A stretch of 64,000 nucleotides of DNA, from positions 160,001 to 224,000 of the forward strand of contig CAVXWP010000004.1 in assembly GCA_963765495.1 (NCBI GenBank). The letters run 5' to 3'. Position numbers and translations under genes: made by a program. Below the pieces are notes generated by a model that saw only the letters and a program-made list of their open reading frames with translations, did no database searches and was not told where the DNA came from. This stretch comes from Blastocatellia bacterium (GTDB taxonomy: Bacteria > Acidobacteriota > Blastocatellia > UBA7656). This document shows, in pieces, positions 30,986-40,619 of the stretch. How positions within the stretch are numbered: the stretch's first letter is position 1; each line of letters starts with the position of its first letter.

Positions 30986-32155
30986 ATGAATGTCACGCAC
31001 CTCTATTGCTCGGCGTGCGGCAAAGAGCGCGAAGCCGGGCATCTTTACAACCTGTGCGACTGCGGCAAGCCGTTGATGGTTGCCTACGACCTGACACGTG
31101 CGCGGGCGACCATGACAAAAGAGGGGCTCGCCTCGCGCAGACCCGATTTATGGCGCTACAGCGAGGTGTTGCCTGTCACCGACACGAGCAATCAATTATC
31201 GCTTGGCGAAGGGATGACCCCGCTCATCCGGGCCACGCGGTTGGGCGAAAAGCTCGGCATGCCGCACCTCTACATAAAGGACGAATCGCTCAATCCTACG
31301 GGCTCGTTTAAGGCGCGCGGCATGGCCGTAGCCGTTTCGATGGCCAGAGAACTGGGTGCGCGCAAACTGGCGGTGCCCTCGGCGGGAAACGCGGCTGGGG
31401 CGCTCGCTGCCTACGCCGCAAAGGCCGGTCTCGAAGCCTTTATCTTCATGCCCGAAGACACGCCCCTCGCCAACATAATAGAGTGCAGACAGACAGGGGC
31501 AAATGTGGAACTGGTCGATGGATTGATTACCGATTGCGGGCGGATTGTAGCCGAGCGAAAGGAGAGCGAAGGCTGGTTTGACGTGTCTACTCTGAAGGAG
31601 CCTTACCGGATCGAAGGGAAAAAGACTATGGGTTATGAAGTGGCCGAACAACTCAACTGGGAATTGCCCGATGCGATACTTTATCCGACAGGAGGAGGGA
31701 CCGGGTTGATAGGCATGTGGAAAGCCTTCGACGAGATGGAACGCCTCGGGTGGATAGGAAGCAAACGGCCTCGGATGATAACGGTGCAGGCCGAAGGCTG
31801 CGCGCCAATAGTTCGGGCATTCGCTTCGGGGGCGAGTGTGGGCGCTGAGATTGAAAACGCGCAGACTATCGCGTCAGGGTTGAGGGTTCCGCGCGCAATA
31901 GGCGATTTCCTGATGCTTGATATACTCAGAAAGAGCCGGGGGACTGCCGTCGCGGTCAGCGACGCGGAATTGCTTGCGGCTGTAAAAGAAGTCGGGTCGG
32001 CGGAAGGGATATTTGCCGCCCCCGAAGGCGCTGCCTGTCTGCCCGCGCTAAAACGGTTGCTTGAGCGCGGAGAGGTCGGATCAGACGAGCGCGTAATCAT
32101 GTTCAATACGGGAGCAGGGGTAAAGTATCTGGATGCTTTTCAAAATGTAGAATAG
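30986..32155 (+). CDS. thrC: Threonine synthase
   Basis: N-terminal Zn ribbon, [33 protein letters not shown]. Confidence 0.88.
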   Translation: MNVTHLYCSACGKEREAGHLYNLCDCGKPLMVAYDLTRARATMTKEGLASRRPDLWRYSEVLPVTDTSNQLSLGEGMTPLIRATRLGEKLGMPHLYIKDESLNPTGSFKARGMAVAVSMARELGARKLAVPSAGNAAGALAAYAAKAGLEAFIFMPEDTPLANIIECRQTGANVELVDGLITDCGRIVAERKESEGWFDVSTLKEPYRIEGKKTMGYEVAEQLNWELPDAILYPTGGGTGLIGMWKAFDEMERLGWIGSKRPRMITVQAEGCAPIVRAFASGASVGAEIENAQTIASGLRVPRAIGDFLMLDILRKSRGTAVAVSDAELLAAVKEVGSAEGIFAAPEGAACLPALKRLLERGEVGSDERVIMFNTGAGVKYLDAFQNVE

Positions 32156-32207
32156 AAAAAAGGAATAGGCCACCGATGACGTGGCCAATTCTCATCCTCC
32201 ATCTCAA

Positions 32208-32430
32208 CAGGGTCATTCAGTTTTTGAATTGCGGGCAACATGCGTCAGGCGTTTTGCCAGGTTAAGTTGAATGCAAGGCGAATTGAAATAGACCGCGGAT
32301 GACGCGGATGCGGCGGATATACGCGGATCTGACACTATATGATTTAATCCGCGTATATCCGCCGCATCCGCGTCATCCGCGGCCTATTCCCATTTTCCTA
32401 TTCTACATTTTGGGAAATTGAGTGGCCCTG
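32208..32430. mobile_element. Second CAGGG-ended MITE-like element carrying an inverted CGGAT-repeat hairpin
   Basis: Ends CAGGGTCATTCAGTTT / AAATTGAGTGGCCCTG; flanks CCATCTCAA / CCATCTCAC; long internal inverted repeat ~32287-32388. Confidence 0.65.
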
Positions 32431-32576
32431 CCATCTCACTGCCCGCAGGTCAAAAACTGATAGTATCTGATGACGTGAATACCTTGATCCGGCTATAATT
32501 GTGATTTGAATGGTTGGTACAACGAGTCCCGTGACAACCCTTTTTTCAGGTGTAATCCATATCCGAAGGTGTTTTG

Positions 32577-33029
32577 ATGAGATCGAATATTGTATTTAGG
32601 TTTCTGGTTCTGGTTGTAATCTGCTCTGTAATGGCCCCGATGGGTCTGGCTCAAAAGAACAGGGACAAGAAGAAGAAAATAAAAGAGAGCGCCGTAAAGA
32701 AATACAATCTTGCCGTCGAACTCTCTTCAAAAGAACAATGGCAGGAAGCTGCCGAGGTTTACAGGCAGGCTATCAGAATAAAACCCGAGAACGTCGAAGC
32801 CTACTTTAATCTGGGAGTAACCTACGGCTCGCTCAAACGCCTTACCGAAGCGATTGAGACGCTAAATCATGTGATTGCGCTCAGGCCCAATTACACGGAG
32901 GCGCATTACATGATGGGGCTGATTTATGTGGAGATGAAGGATAAAGACCGCGCCGTCGCAACGTACAATACGCTCAAAGGTCTGGACGAGAAACTGGCTG
33001 AAAAGCTTCTCGTCCAGATACCGGAATGA
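32577..33029 (+). CDS. Exported TPR protein
   Basis: Signal peptide; EAYFNLGVTY and EAHYMMGLIY. Confidence 0.85.
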   Translation: MRSNIVFRFLVLVVICSVMAPMGLAQKNRDKKKKIKESAVKKYNLAVELSSKEQWQEAAEVYRQAIRIKPENVEAYFNLGVTYGSLKRLTEAIETLNHVIALRPNYTEAHYMMGLIYVEMKDKDRAVATYNTLKGLDEKLAEKLLVQIPE

Positions 33030-33055
33030 ATTACCGGAATGAATTACCGGAATGA
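33019..33055 (+). repeat. 13-bp tandem triplication of the gene end (TACCGGAATGAAT)
   Basis: Three copies, the first containing the TGA stop. Confidence 0.8.
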
Positions 33056-33100
33056 GGCGAGAAGCTTTTCAAGGCTTACCGATTTGTGAGGCGTTTGCTG

Positions 33101-33562
33101 CTATTCGGTCGGGGTGACCACTTCGATACCGGCGGCGACAGCGGCATCGAGTCCGCCGCTCAGAGTAAAGGCATTTTCAAACCCCATCCCTCTTAGGGTG
33201 TGCATCTCGCTTTCAGCCGCTTCATCGTGCGGGCAGGTGCAGTAGGTTACGATCACGGTCTTTTTGTTTGCGCCCTTGGCCCAATCTTCGATGTTGTCCA
33301 CAGGAACGTGTATGGCTCCCTTGAGAATCTTCCCGTCGAGTTCGTGGCGCGCATCAATCACCGTGATCTTTTCTCCTTTGTCGAGACGCGCCTTCAGGTC
33401 TTTGGCGCTGATCTGATGGTTTTCGGTGTCGTCGATAGTCGTAAGACCGGCAGCCCCGCCCGAAACCGTCGCCCGCAGATGGCTGCCTCTTTGAGCAAAT
33501 GAGACTCCTGCTGTCAGAACTGTTATCGCCAATGTCGCAAGAAAAATATGCCGAATTTTCAT
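33101..33562 (-). CDS. Exported rhodanese-like protein
   Basis: VIDAR, LKGAIHVP, YCTCPHDE, LSGG; signal peptide. Confidence 0.88.
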   Translation of the reverse strand: MKIRHIFLATLAITVLTAGVSFAQRGSHLRATVSGGAAGLTTIDDTENHQISAKDLKARLDKGEKITVIDARHELDGKILKGAIHVPVDNIEDWAKGANKKTVIVTYCTCPHDEAAESEMHTLRGMGFENAFTLSGGLDAAVAAGIEVVTPTE

Positions 33563-33887
33563 TCTTATCTCCTTCTGAATTGATTGGCCGACAGACCCGC
33601 GCTCGCCCATTTTAGTCATAAATCAGACGGCTGCCGTCCAGACAGAAAATATACCACGCCTCTCGTTTCCAAGTCATGGCGGAAGCCTTCCAGGACAGGG
33701 AGCCACTTCCCACCCATTCGCATAGATCGGGGCCGTAAGATTTGAGACGCAGACTCCCGCGCCCGGTCCCCTTTGACCAAATCTGCAAGTAACGGTTGTG
33801 CATTAGGGAAATATTTTTTAGAATGGCCTACGCCACACTGTTCCGTTTATAACTCACAAGGTACGAGCGCGCACCAAGGAGGCGAAG

Positions 33888-35435
33888 ATGAAACTCTTGA
33901 AGATATTTGTTTTCACGGTTGTTTCTGTGTTCATAACCTATGCTGTGGTAACAAATAAATCGGTAGAAGCACAAAACGCATCAACCCGAATAGGGGAAAA
34001 ACCTGCCCTCGAAGAACACGTCAACGAGGCCGACATCGAAAATGGAACCCTCAAATTCAAGAAGGTTCTCGAAATCGGGGAGGAGATTTTTGCTGCCCGA
34101 TGGACAAAACTCGACGGTCAGGGACGCCCGGCCGCTACCGGAAACGGAGCGCCTACAAAACGCGATATAGCGAATGATCCCGGTTTCCTGCGCACATCCG
34201 GCACCGACTCCACAGGCTGCGCCGATTGTCACAGTCAGCCGACCGTGGGAGGAGCGGGCGGCTTCGTATCCAACGTATTCGTGCTGGCACAGGTTCTTGA
34301 TCCTGTCACGGAATCGGTCGCAGCCGATTTCTCGGATGAGCGCAATACGCTTGGCATGAACGGCTCGGGCGCAATAGAGATGCTGGCGCGTGAAATGACT
34401 ACGGATATGATCGCGATACGGGAAGCCGCCATTGCACAGGCGAAGGCTTCCGGGACCACTGTTACAAATCAGCTCAACACCAAAGGCGTCAACTTTGGTC
34501 AGATCACAGCGAAACCCGATGGCAGCGTAGATACTTCACATGTGGTAGGCGTTGATGCGGACCTCATCATAAAGCCTTTCCATCAAAAAGGCGTTGTAAA
34601 CTCGGTCCGTGTCTTTACGGTGAATGCCTACAATCATCACCACGGCATGGAACCGGTTGAAAGATTCGGGATCGGTCAGAAGGACAACAAGGGGAATATA
34701 ATCACGACCAACGATTTCGATGAAGATGGCGTGCCGGATGAATTGACCGTTGGCGACATCACGGCGGCAACTCTGTTTCAGGTGGCTATGAATATCCCCG
34801 GCAGAGTGATTCCAGGCACTGCGGCTCGCCGTCAGGCCGCGGAGCGCGGAGAGGCGCGATTTACCGAGATTGGCTGCGCGGATTGTCACATCCCATCCAT
34901 GATGCTCAACAGCCGTAACTTCACCGAACCGAACCCGTTTAATCCGCCGGGGAACCTTCGCCCGCAGGATGTGGGGCAACTGATAACTTTTGATCTGACC
35001 CGCGACATTCAAAAGCCCCGGCTTGAGAGGGCCGGATCGGGCAGCGCAATCGTTCACGCCTTTACCGATCTGAAACGTCACGTGATCTGCGATGATGCAG
35101 ACCCCTTCTTTCGTAACGAGCGCGTGGTTCAAAGCGGCGTGCCCGTCGATACGTTCATCACGCGAAAACTCTGGGATGTCGGCAATACGGCCCCGTACGG
35201 ACACAGAGGCGACCTGACTACGATCACGGAAGCGATCATGCATCATGCTGGCGAAGCACGACCGCAGAGGGAGCGCTTCGCGGCGCTCAGCCAGGATGCG
35301 CAGGCCGAGATTGTCGAGTTTTTGAAGCAGCTACAGGTCCTGCCCATTGGATCAAAAAATGTAGTGACCGAAGATGAGCTTCGGGCACTGTTAAAGAGCC
35401 AGAAGAAGGTCCACCCGTCAGATGTACTTGATTAA
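33888..35435 (+). CDS. Di-heme oxidoreductase (DUF1111 / thiol-oxidoreductase-like, bCcP/MauG superfamily)
   Basis: Two CADCH motifs; FTDLKRH, LWDVG..APYGHRG, AIMHHAGEA; signal anchor. Confidence 0.85.
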   Translation: MKLLKIFVFTVVSVFITYAVVTNKSVEAQNASTRIGEKPALEEHVNEADIENGTLKFKKVLEIGEEIFAARWTKLDGQGRPAATGNGAPTKRDIANDPGFLRTSGTDSTGCADCHSQPTVGGAGGFVSNVFVLAQVLDPVTESVAADFSDERNTLGMNGSGAIEMLAREMTTDMIAIREAAIAQAKASGTTVTNQLNTKGVNFGQITAKPDGSVDTSHVVGVDADLIIKPFHQKGVVNSVRVFTVNAYNHHHGMEPVERFGIGQKDNKGNIITTNDFDEDGVPDELTVGDITAATLFQVAMNIPGRVIPGTAARRQAAERGEARFTEIGCADCHIPSMMLNSRNFTEPNPFNPPGNLRPQDVGQLITFDLTRDIQKPRLERAGSGSAIVHAFTDLKRHVICDDADPFFRNERVVQSGVPVDTFITRKLWDVGNTAPYGHRGDLTTITEAIMHHAGEARPQRERFAALSQDAQAEIVEFLKQLQVLPIGSKNVVTEDELRALLKSQKKVHPSDVLD

Positions 35436-35567
35436 GACTGGCGCGGATAATTTTATCGTCAACAGGAGATAGATCATGAGTGCGCGGTCCAAAGATTGTT
35501 CACTTGTGATCTATTGTCTTTTAGTTCACTGTTGATTGATAGATTCTTTATCCGAGGATTGGCTAAA

Positions 35568-36224
35568 ATGCATAAGGAACATGATTTTCACAGCCGAGAA
35601 TATGTAGAGTCCTGGGCAGAGACAGTAAACGAAAGAAGACCGCAGCGAGCCGTCGTCTTCGATCACATCGCAGAGTTGATTTCGACGCTGGCGCATCCGA
35701 AACCCCATGTGGTCGAACTCGCGCCCGGTCCCGGAATGCTGGCCGAAGTCCTGCTGACAAAACTGCCTGAAATGAGTTATGAGGCCGTTGATTTTTCTCG
35801 GCCCATGCTGAAATTGGCCGAAGAAAGACTGGTCAATTTCAAGGACAGGACTCAGTTCCATTGCGCCGATCTGCTAAAACCCGGATGGACATCTTTGTTG
35901 GAAAAAGATGTGCAGGCATTTGTTTCCATGCAGGCGCTGCACGATCTTCGAAGCGACCGGGCGATTGCAGATGTCTACCGGGCGGCGCGGCAACATCTGT
36001 CAGGCGGCGGGATGCTTGTAAACGCGGATCTGATCGCGGGAGGGGAAAAACCTAAAGCGTCAAACACAGAAGAGTCAAATACCGGAAAGTCAAACCCAGG
36101 TCGCCTGACGGTTTCCCGTCACCTTAAATTGTTGAAAGAGGCAGGTTTCATCGAAGCCCGTTGCAGTCTGGACTTTGGCGATTATGCCTGTGTGGTCGCT
36201 AAGACCCCGATGCGTAAAGCGTGA
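35568..36224 (+). CDS. Class I SAM-dependent methyltransferase
   Basis: VELAPGPG, VDFSRPML, ALHDL, LSGGGML. Confidence 0.85.
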   Translation: MHKEHDFHSREYVESWAETVNERRPQRAVVFDHIAELISTLAHPKPHVVELAPGPGMLAEVLLTKLPEMSYEAVDFSRPMLKLAEERLVNFKDRTQFHCADLLKPGWTSLLEKDVQAFVSMQALHDLRSDRAIADVYRAARQHLSGGGMLVNADLIAGGEKPKASNTEESNTGKSNPGRLTVSRHLKLLKEAGFIEARCSLDFGDYACVVAKTPMRKA

Positions 36225-36322
36225 TTCGTAAAGCGTGATTCGTAAAGCGTGAATTAGCAAACTTGCGAGCTGGTTATTACAATCTGCTTTCCTGATGATC
36301 ACGAATCACGAATCACGCTTCA
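36211..36322. repeat. Inverted heptamer/14-mer array containing the methyltransferase stop
   Basis: (GCGTGATTCGTAAA)n...(TCACGAA)n. Confidence 0.85.
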
Positions 36323-36351
36323 TTAGCGGTTATCTGAGTTAGAGCGCGAGA

Positions 36352-37095
36352 TTAGCTCGGTTTCTTGTTGGCAGGCTCGGGCGGCTTTTCCGGCTGGCGC
36401 TGCTCGCGGCGCGGAAAAGGCAACACCGAAAGCGGGCGCGCGTGCCCTTGATGACACTCGTTGCAAGTGACCGCGCTCCCGTCGCTTTTCACAAGCCCGT
36501 GCTCATACTCGGTCATCATGAAACGGGCTATCTGTTTGCGTGGCGTGTCCTCATCGAAGTCCGATGTATGACAATAGATGCATTCAACGCCAAGCGCCTT
36601 GGTAAATTCCATCATCGTTTCCATCAACTTGGCGCGCGGAATGCCCTTGAGAACCTGTATCTCTTCCGTCTTGCGGCCAACTGCCATCTCAAACGGTCTT
36701 GTGCGCAGTAAGTTAGGCTGGTTCTTGTGACAAGCGGCGCAATCGAGCGCGCTGCCGTCCTTGTGCTTCATGCCCATTTCGTAATCGCGCAGCATCAAAC
36801 GCGCGACGGCCTTGCGCGGTGTGTCCTGTTCAAACGGGCGGACGTGGCAAAAGTTGCACTCGACGCCGAGTTCCTGTGACATTGACCTCATCTTTTGAAG
36901 GACCTGTTGAAAGGTCATATCTTTCGGAAGTACCTGTAGATTTTTTGGCGCGGGCGGCGTTTGCTGATTGCCCGCAGGCGCGCCCTTGGGCGGTTCTTCC
37001 TTCTGCCCGGTTTGATGTTTCGCCTCAACTATGGACGCGGCAACAAGGAGTGCCGAGAAGAGTATTACGACCAGCTTCAACCTCAGTTTGCTCAT
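36352..37095 (-). CDS. Tetraheme c-type cytochrome (PufC-like, internally duplicated)
   Basis: CNFCH, CAACH, CIYCH and CNECH; two QVL...M...LGVEC..CH...DTPRK..AR.M repeats; signal peptide. Confidence 0.88.
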   Translation of the reverse strand: MSKLRLKLVVILFSALLVAASIVEAKHQTGQKEEPPKGAPAGNQQTPPAPKNLQVLPKDMTFQQVLQKMRSMSQELGVECNFCHVRPFEQDTPRKAVARLMLRDYEMGMKHKDGSALDCAACHKNQPNLLRTRPFEMAVGRKTEEIQVLKGIPRAKLMETMMEFTKALGVECIYCHTSDFDEDTPRKQIARFMMTEYEHGLVKSDGSAVTCNECHQGHARPLSVLPFPRREQRQPEKPPEPANKKPS

Positions 37096-37363
37096 ATTCT
37101 TTCTCCAGTAGAGTTGATTTGAATAAAATGCCCGAGCGCTGATTATATACGATCCTTAAATTATCGCGAAACGCATAGCGATAGATCAGAGGGAGGAGGC
37201 CAGAAATTCCCAGGGTCATTAAAGGGGCCAGCTCTCCGCTTTGAAAATCTACTTTGCATCAGCCCCGGTCCGCAATCATTGGCCCGCGACTCAGGTCTAT
37301 GGTAAGTTATGCACTCGTTTTCAGGTGCGTTCTTTTAAGGCTGACTCGTATCTGAATCGCGGT

Positions 37364-38119
37364 ATGAATGAGTGGTATAAAGAAGACCTGGCCTATATAC
37401 ACGATGTCGGTTTTCGCGATTTTGCTATAAAATCCGCGCCCGGCATACTACGGATATTTCATCGTAATAAAATTCACAACGCGCTGGTGGTCGATCTCGG
37501 TTGCGGCAGCGGATTGTGGGCGCGCGAACTGGCTCAGGCAGGGTATAGGGTGCTGGGTGTTGATATTTCGGAATCGATGCTTCAAATAGCCCGACAAAGA
37601 GTCCCCGATGGCGAGTTTCGCCTCGGCTCGCTTTTCACAGCCGATATTCCGCCTTGCGGCGCTGTCACATCGCTCGGCGAATGCCTAAACTACGCATTCG
37701 ATCCAAACAACGATCAACAGGCTCTCGCGCGGCTGTTTGAAAGAATTTATAGCGGGCTTCTCCCCGGCGGCGTCTTCGTCTTCGACATAGTTGAGCCGGG
37801 GCAGATTCCTCGCGGGGCCATAACCAGAGCATGGACCGAAGGCGAAGACTGGGTTGTGCTGGTCGAAAAAGAAGAGGACGAGGAACAGACCGTCTTGAAG
37901 CGCAGGATTATGACTTTTAGAAAATTTGGTGAGCACTATAGAAGATCGGACGAAGTGCATCATCAGTGGTTGTTCAGGTCTGAAGACATCGCAAACAGAC
38001 TTCGAAGCACAGGATTTGACCTTCGAACTCTTAGAAGTTACGGCCGGTATAGATTGCCGAAGGCGCGTGTGGCATTCATAGCCCGCAAGCCGGAAGTGGA
38101 TAGGGTCAACCCTGTCTGA
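37364..38119 (+). CDS. Class I SAM-dependent methyltransferase
   Basis: VDLGCGSG, GVDISESML, LLPGGVFVFD. Confidence 0.9.
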   Translation: MNEWYKEDLAYIHDVGFRDFAIKSAPGILRIFHRNKIHNALVVDLGCGSGLWARELAQAGYRVLGVDISESMLQIARQRVPDGEFRLGSLFTADIPPCGAVTSLGECLNYAFDPNNDQQALARLFERIYSGLLPGGVFVFDIVEPGQIPRGAITRAWTEGEDWVVLVEKEEDEEQTVLKRRIMTFRKFGEHYRRSDEVHHQWLFRSEDIANRLRSTGFDLRTLRSYGRYRLPKARVAFIARKPEVDRVNPV

Positions 38120-38136
38120 GCTTTTTTCACTAAGCG

Positions 38137-40554
38137 ATGAAGAAGAAGCGCAAAACCGTGCAGACAAAAAAGGCATCCGGCGACCGTCCGGCGAGTGCCC
38201 TCCTTTACCTGACCATCTCGGTACTTGTCCTGGTCCCCCTGATCTTCAGCACATCATTTTATACAAAATTTTCGCTTCCCAAATTTGTAGTGTTGCTTAT
38301 CGGTTCGTCGCTGCTTCTCGTTTTGCTCGCGCTCAAATCGGCAGGAGATAAAACGAGCGCGAGCCTTGTACCGCGCCCGTTCAAATCAAGGATTGTGAAG
38401 GTCGTTTGCCTTTATGTCGTCCTGATCGCGGTTTCATCTCTTTTTGGCGTAGCCCCGGTCGTATCCCTGTTTGGAAGCCATTTCAATTACATGGGATTGA
38501 TCACTCGTCTCTGCTTTTTTGTCCTCTTCATTGCCTTGATAATATCAGTAGGCGAAAGCGAAGACCGATTGCGGAAGGTGCTCTGGCCGATGGTCGGCAC
38601 AGGGTTTATTGTGGCGCTCTACGGCGTGGCTCAGGCATTTGGTATTGACCCTTTTGTCTCTCCGAGCATTTACACATTTTCCTCACCCGATGGGCCGCTG
38701 GTTCGTGTGTGCGCCACGCTCGGCCATTCGGATTATCTGGGCAATTTCCTGCTTTACACTACCCCGCTCGGCGCAGGGCTTGCGCTTTCCTCGCGCGGCT
38801 GGCTGAAAATGGCTGCCATCCTTGCAACTCTATTATCGTTAGCCGCCATTGCCTTCAGCGGGACGCGCGGCGCATGGGTAGGCATCGTGGTCGGCGCAGC
38901 GGTTTTTGTCTTCCTCGAATTGAAGGGCAAGGCGACCGGGGCCGCCTTCTCAAAGAACCGCCGAATGGTGCTGGCCTCCGTGGTAGTCTCAATCGTAATC
39001 CTCGGATCAATAATTGCCGTAAGCCCGGCATCAAAGAGCATCTCAATACGGACAGGGGCGCTACTGAAGGAAGGAGCGGCAACATCAGGACGCAACATTT
39101 TATGGCGCGATTCTCTGAAGATGGTGTCTCCATTTTCGCTGATCGGTTGCGGCCCGGAAGGATTCCGCAAGGCTCTCTTAGGTTTCAAATCGAAAGAGCT
39201 GGCTCGTCTTTCTCCAAGCGCCAATAACGAAAGCTCACATAATTCATATCTTGACACGGCCATACTCTTCGGTTTGCCGGGGCTGATCGCGTACATATTT
39301 ATCATAGTGCTCGCGATGGCCCAATTCATCCGCGCTCGCAAAAAGGCAGGATCGCAAAACCTGCGAATCATCCTGACGGGGCTGGTCGCTTCATTTGCGG
39401 GCGTACTGGCGCACAATTTTTTCATCTACGATCAGATCACGACCGGCCTTTACTTCTTCGCCTTTATCGCGCTCGCGCAGATCGCGTCAATCATCACCGA
39501 TGGAACGAGCACGACGACCGATGCCCGCAGGGGTGAGCAATCTGGCTCTTCAAATAAGAATGTATCGGCAGGAAAGAGCCCGGCCCCGAACGCTCGGAAG
39601 CGAAACGTGTGGGCAGGGCCGATTGTCGCTGCCTGCCTATCGCTTGCTGCGATCTGGTACTCAATCGGACTGGCAAAATCCGATATGGCTTACAAAGAGA
39701 TGTTCGATCCGGCAAACCCGCTTGATTATGACGCCCTGGTGAGTTATGGCGAGCGCGTTACTAACAGCCCGCTGCCAACCGGGGCTTATGATTATCTTTT
39801 CGCGCGTGTCGTCCAGCTTTTCGTCAATCAATTGCCCGAGGCTTCAAAGACGCTCGACCGATCACAGGCGGGCAGCGTTGACGTTGGCGCGATTCGGGCC
39901 GGGGCGCTGGCTCTGGGCATCGAGCACGCGGAAAAATCGCTTGCTCACACGGTTACACCGGGTTTGAATTATTCGCTCCTTGGCGCGCTGGCGCTGGCTG
40001 CGGGCGATGTTGAGAAACTGCGATACGGGGCGGAGGAAGCTGTAAAAGCCGACCCGAACAACTATTACAATCGGTGGTTGATGGCCGAAGCATTTCTGGC
40101 TCGCGGGGAAAACGACCGCGCAGCCGTTGAAGCGAGGACGGCCCTCGATCTCTATCCCGCATCGAAAGAAGCGGCCTCCGCGCTTGCAAGGGCGATGGGC
40201 AAGGACCCAAAGGATGAAACCGTAATAGCAGAAATCCTGTCAGATGTACGCGAATCCAAATCCGGCGGCGAGGCATACGACGCGGCAGCCCTGATTCAAA
40301 GAGCGCGCCAGTATTCACAAGCGGGCAAGTTTAAGAAGGCGCAAATCAGGTTGATGGCCGCTATCCGAAAGACGGGTGATTCGTGTCCCGACTGCCATCA
40401 GGAACTTGCCATCGTTTACGAGAAGATGAATCGCTACGGCGATGCAATAGTCGAATGGGAAGCTTACCTCAAACAATCCCCTGAGGCCGCATCTGCCGAA
40501 GAGATCAAAGCGCGGATAGAAACACTCAAAGAGAAAAAGAATCCTTCAAAGTAG
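38137..40554 (+). CDS. O-antigen ligase family membrane protein with C-terminal TPRs
   Basis: Many TM helices; SGTRGAW, GR..LW, G.GPEGF, SHNSYL; TPR tail. Confidence 0.88.
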   Translation: MKKKRKTVQTKKASGDRPASALLYLTISVLVLVPLIFSTSFYTKFSLPKFVVLLIGSSLLLVLLALKSAGDKTSASLVPRPFKSRIVKVVCLYVVLIAVSSLFGVAPVVSLFGSHFNYMGLITRLCFFVLFIALIISVGESEDRLRKVLWPMVGTGFIVALYGVAQAFGIDPFVSPSIYTFSSPDGPLVRVCATLGHSDYLGNFLLYTTPLGAGLALSSRGWLKMAAILATLLSLAAIAFSGTRGAWVGIVVGAAVFVFLELKGKATGAAFSKNRRMVLASVVVSIVILGSIIAVSPASKSISIRTGALLKEGAATSGRNILWRDSLKMVSPFSLIGCGPEGFRKALLGFKSKELARLSPSANNESSHNSYLDTAILFGLPGLIAYIFIIVLAMAQFIRARKKAGSQNLRIILTGLVASFAGVLAHNFFIYDQITTGLYFFAFIALAQIASIITDGTSTTTDARRGEQSGSSNKNVSAGKSPAPNARKRNVWAGPIVAACLSLAAIWYSIGLAKSDMAYKEMFDPANPLDYDALVSYGERVTNSPLPTGAYDYLFARVVQLFVNQLPEASKTLDRSQAGSVDVGAIRAGALALGIEHAEKSLAHTVTPGLNYSLLGALALAAGDVEKLRYGAEEAVKADPNNYYNRWLMAEAFLARGENDRAAVEARTALDLYPASKEAASALARAMGKDPKDETVIAEILSDVRESKSGGEAYDAAALIQRARQYSQAGKFKKAQIRLMAAIRKTGDSCPDCHQELAIVYEKMNRYGDAIVEWEAYLKQSPEAASAEEIKARIETLKEKKNPSK

Positions 40555-40619
40555 GCTATTTACACGCCACAACCCGCAGATCATTGGATATATTTTCGGA
40601 ATGGGAGTACAAATGAGGA

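Noticed and set aside
33225-33245. Rhodanese CxC motif as a possible Sec site
   Set aside because: Both codons are TGC (Cys).
36352-37095. Evidence for phototrophy from the PufC-like cytochrome
   Set aside because: No puf, psc or bch genes are nearby, and the fold occurs in non-phototrophs.
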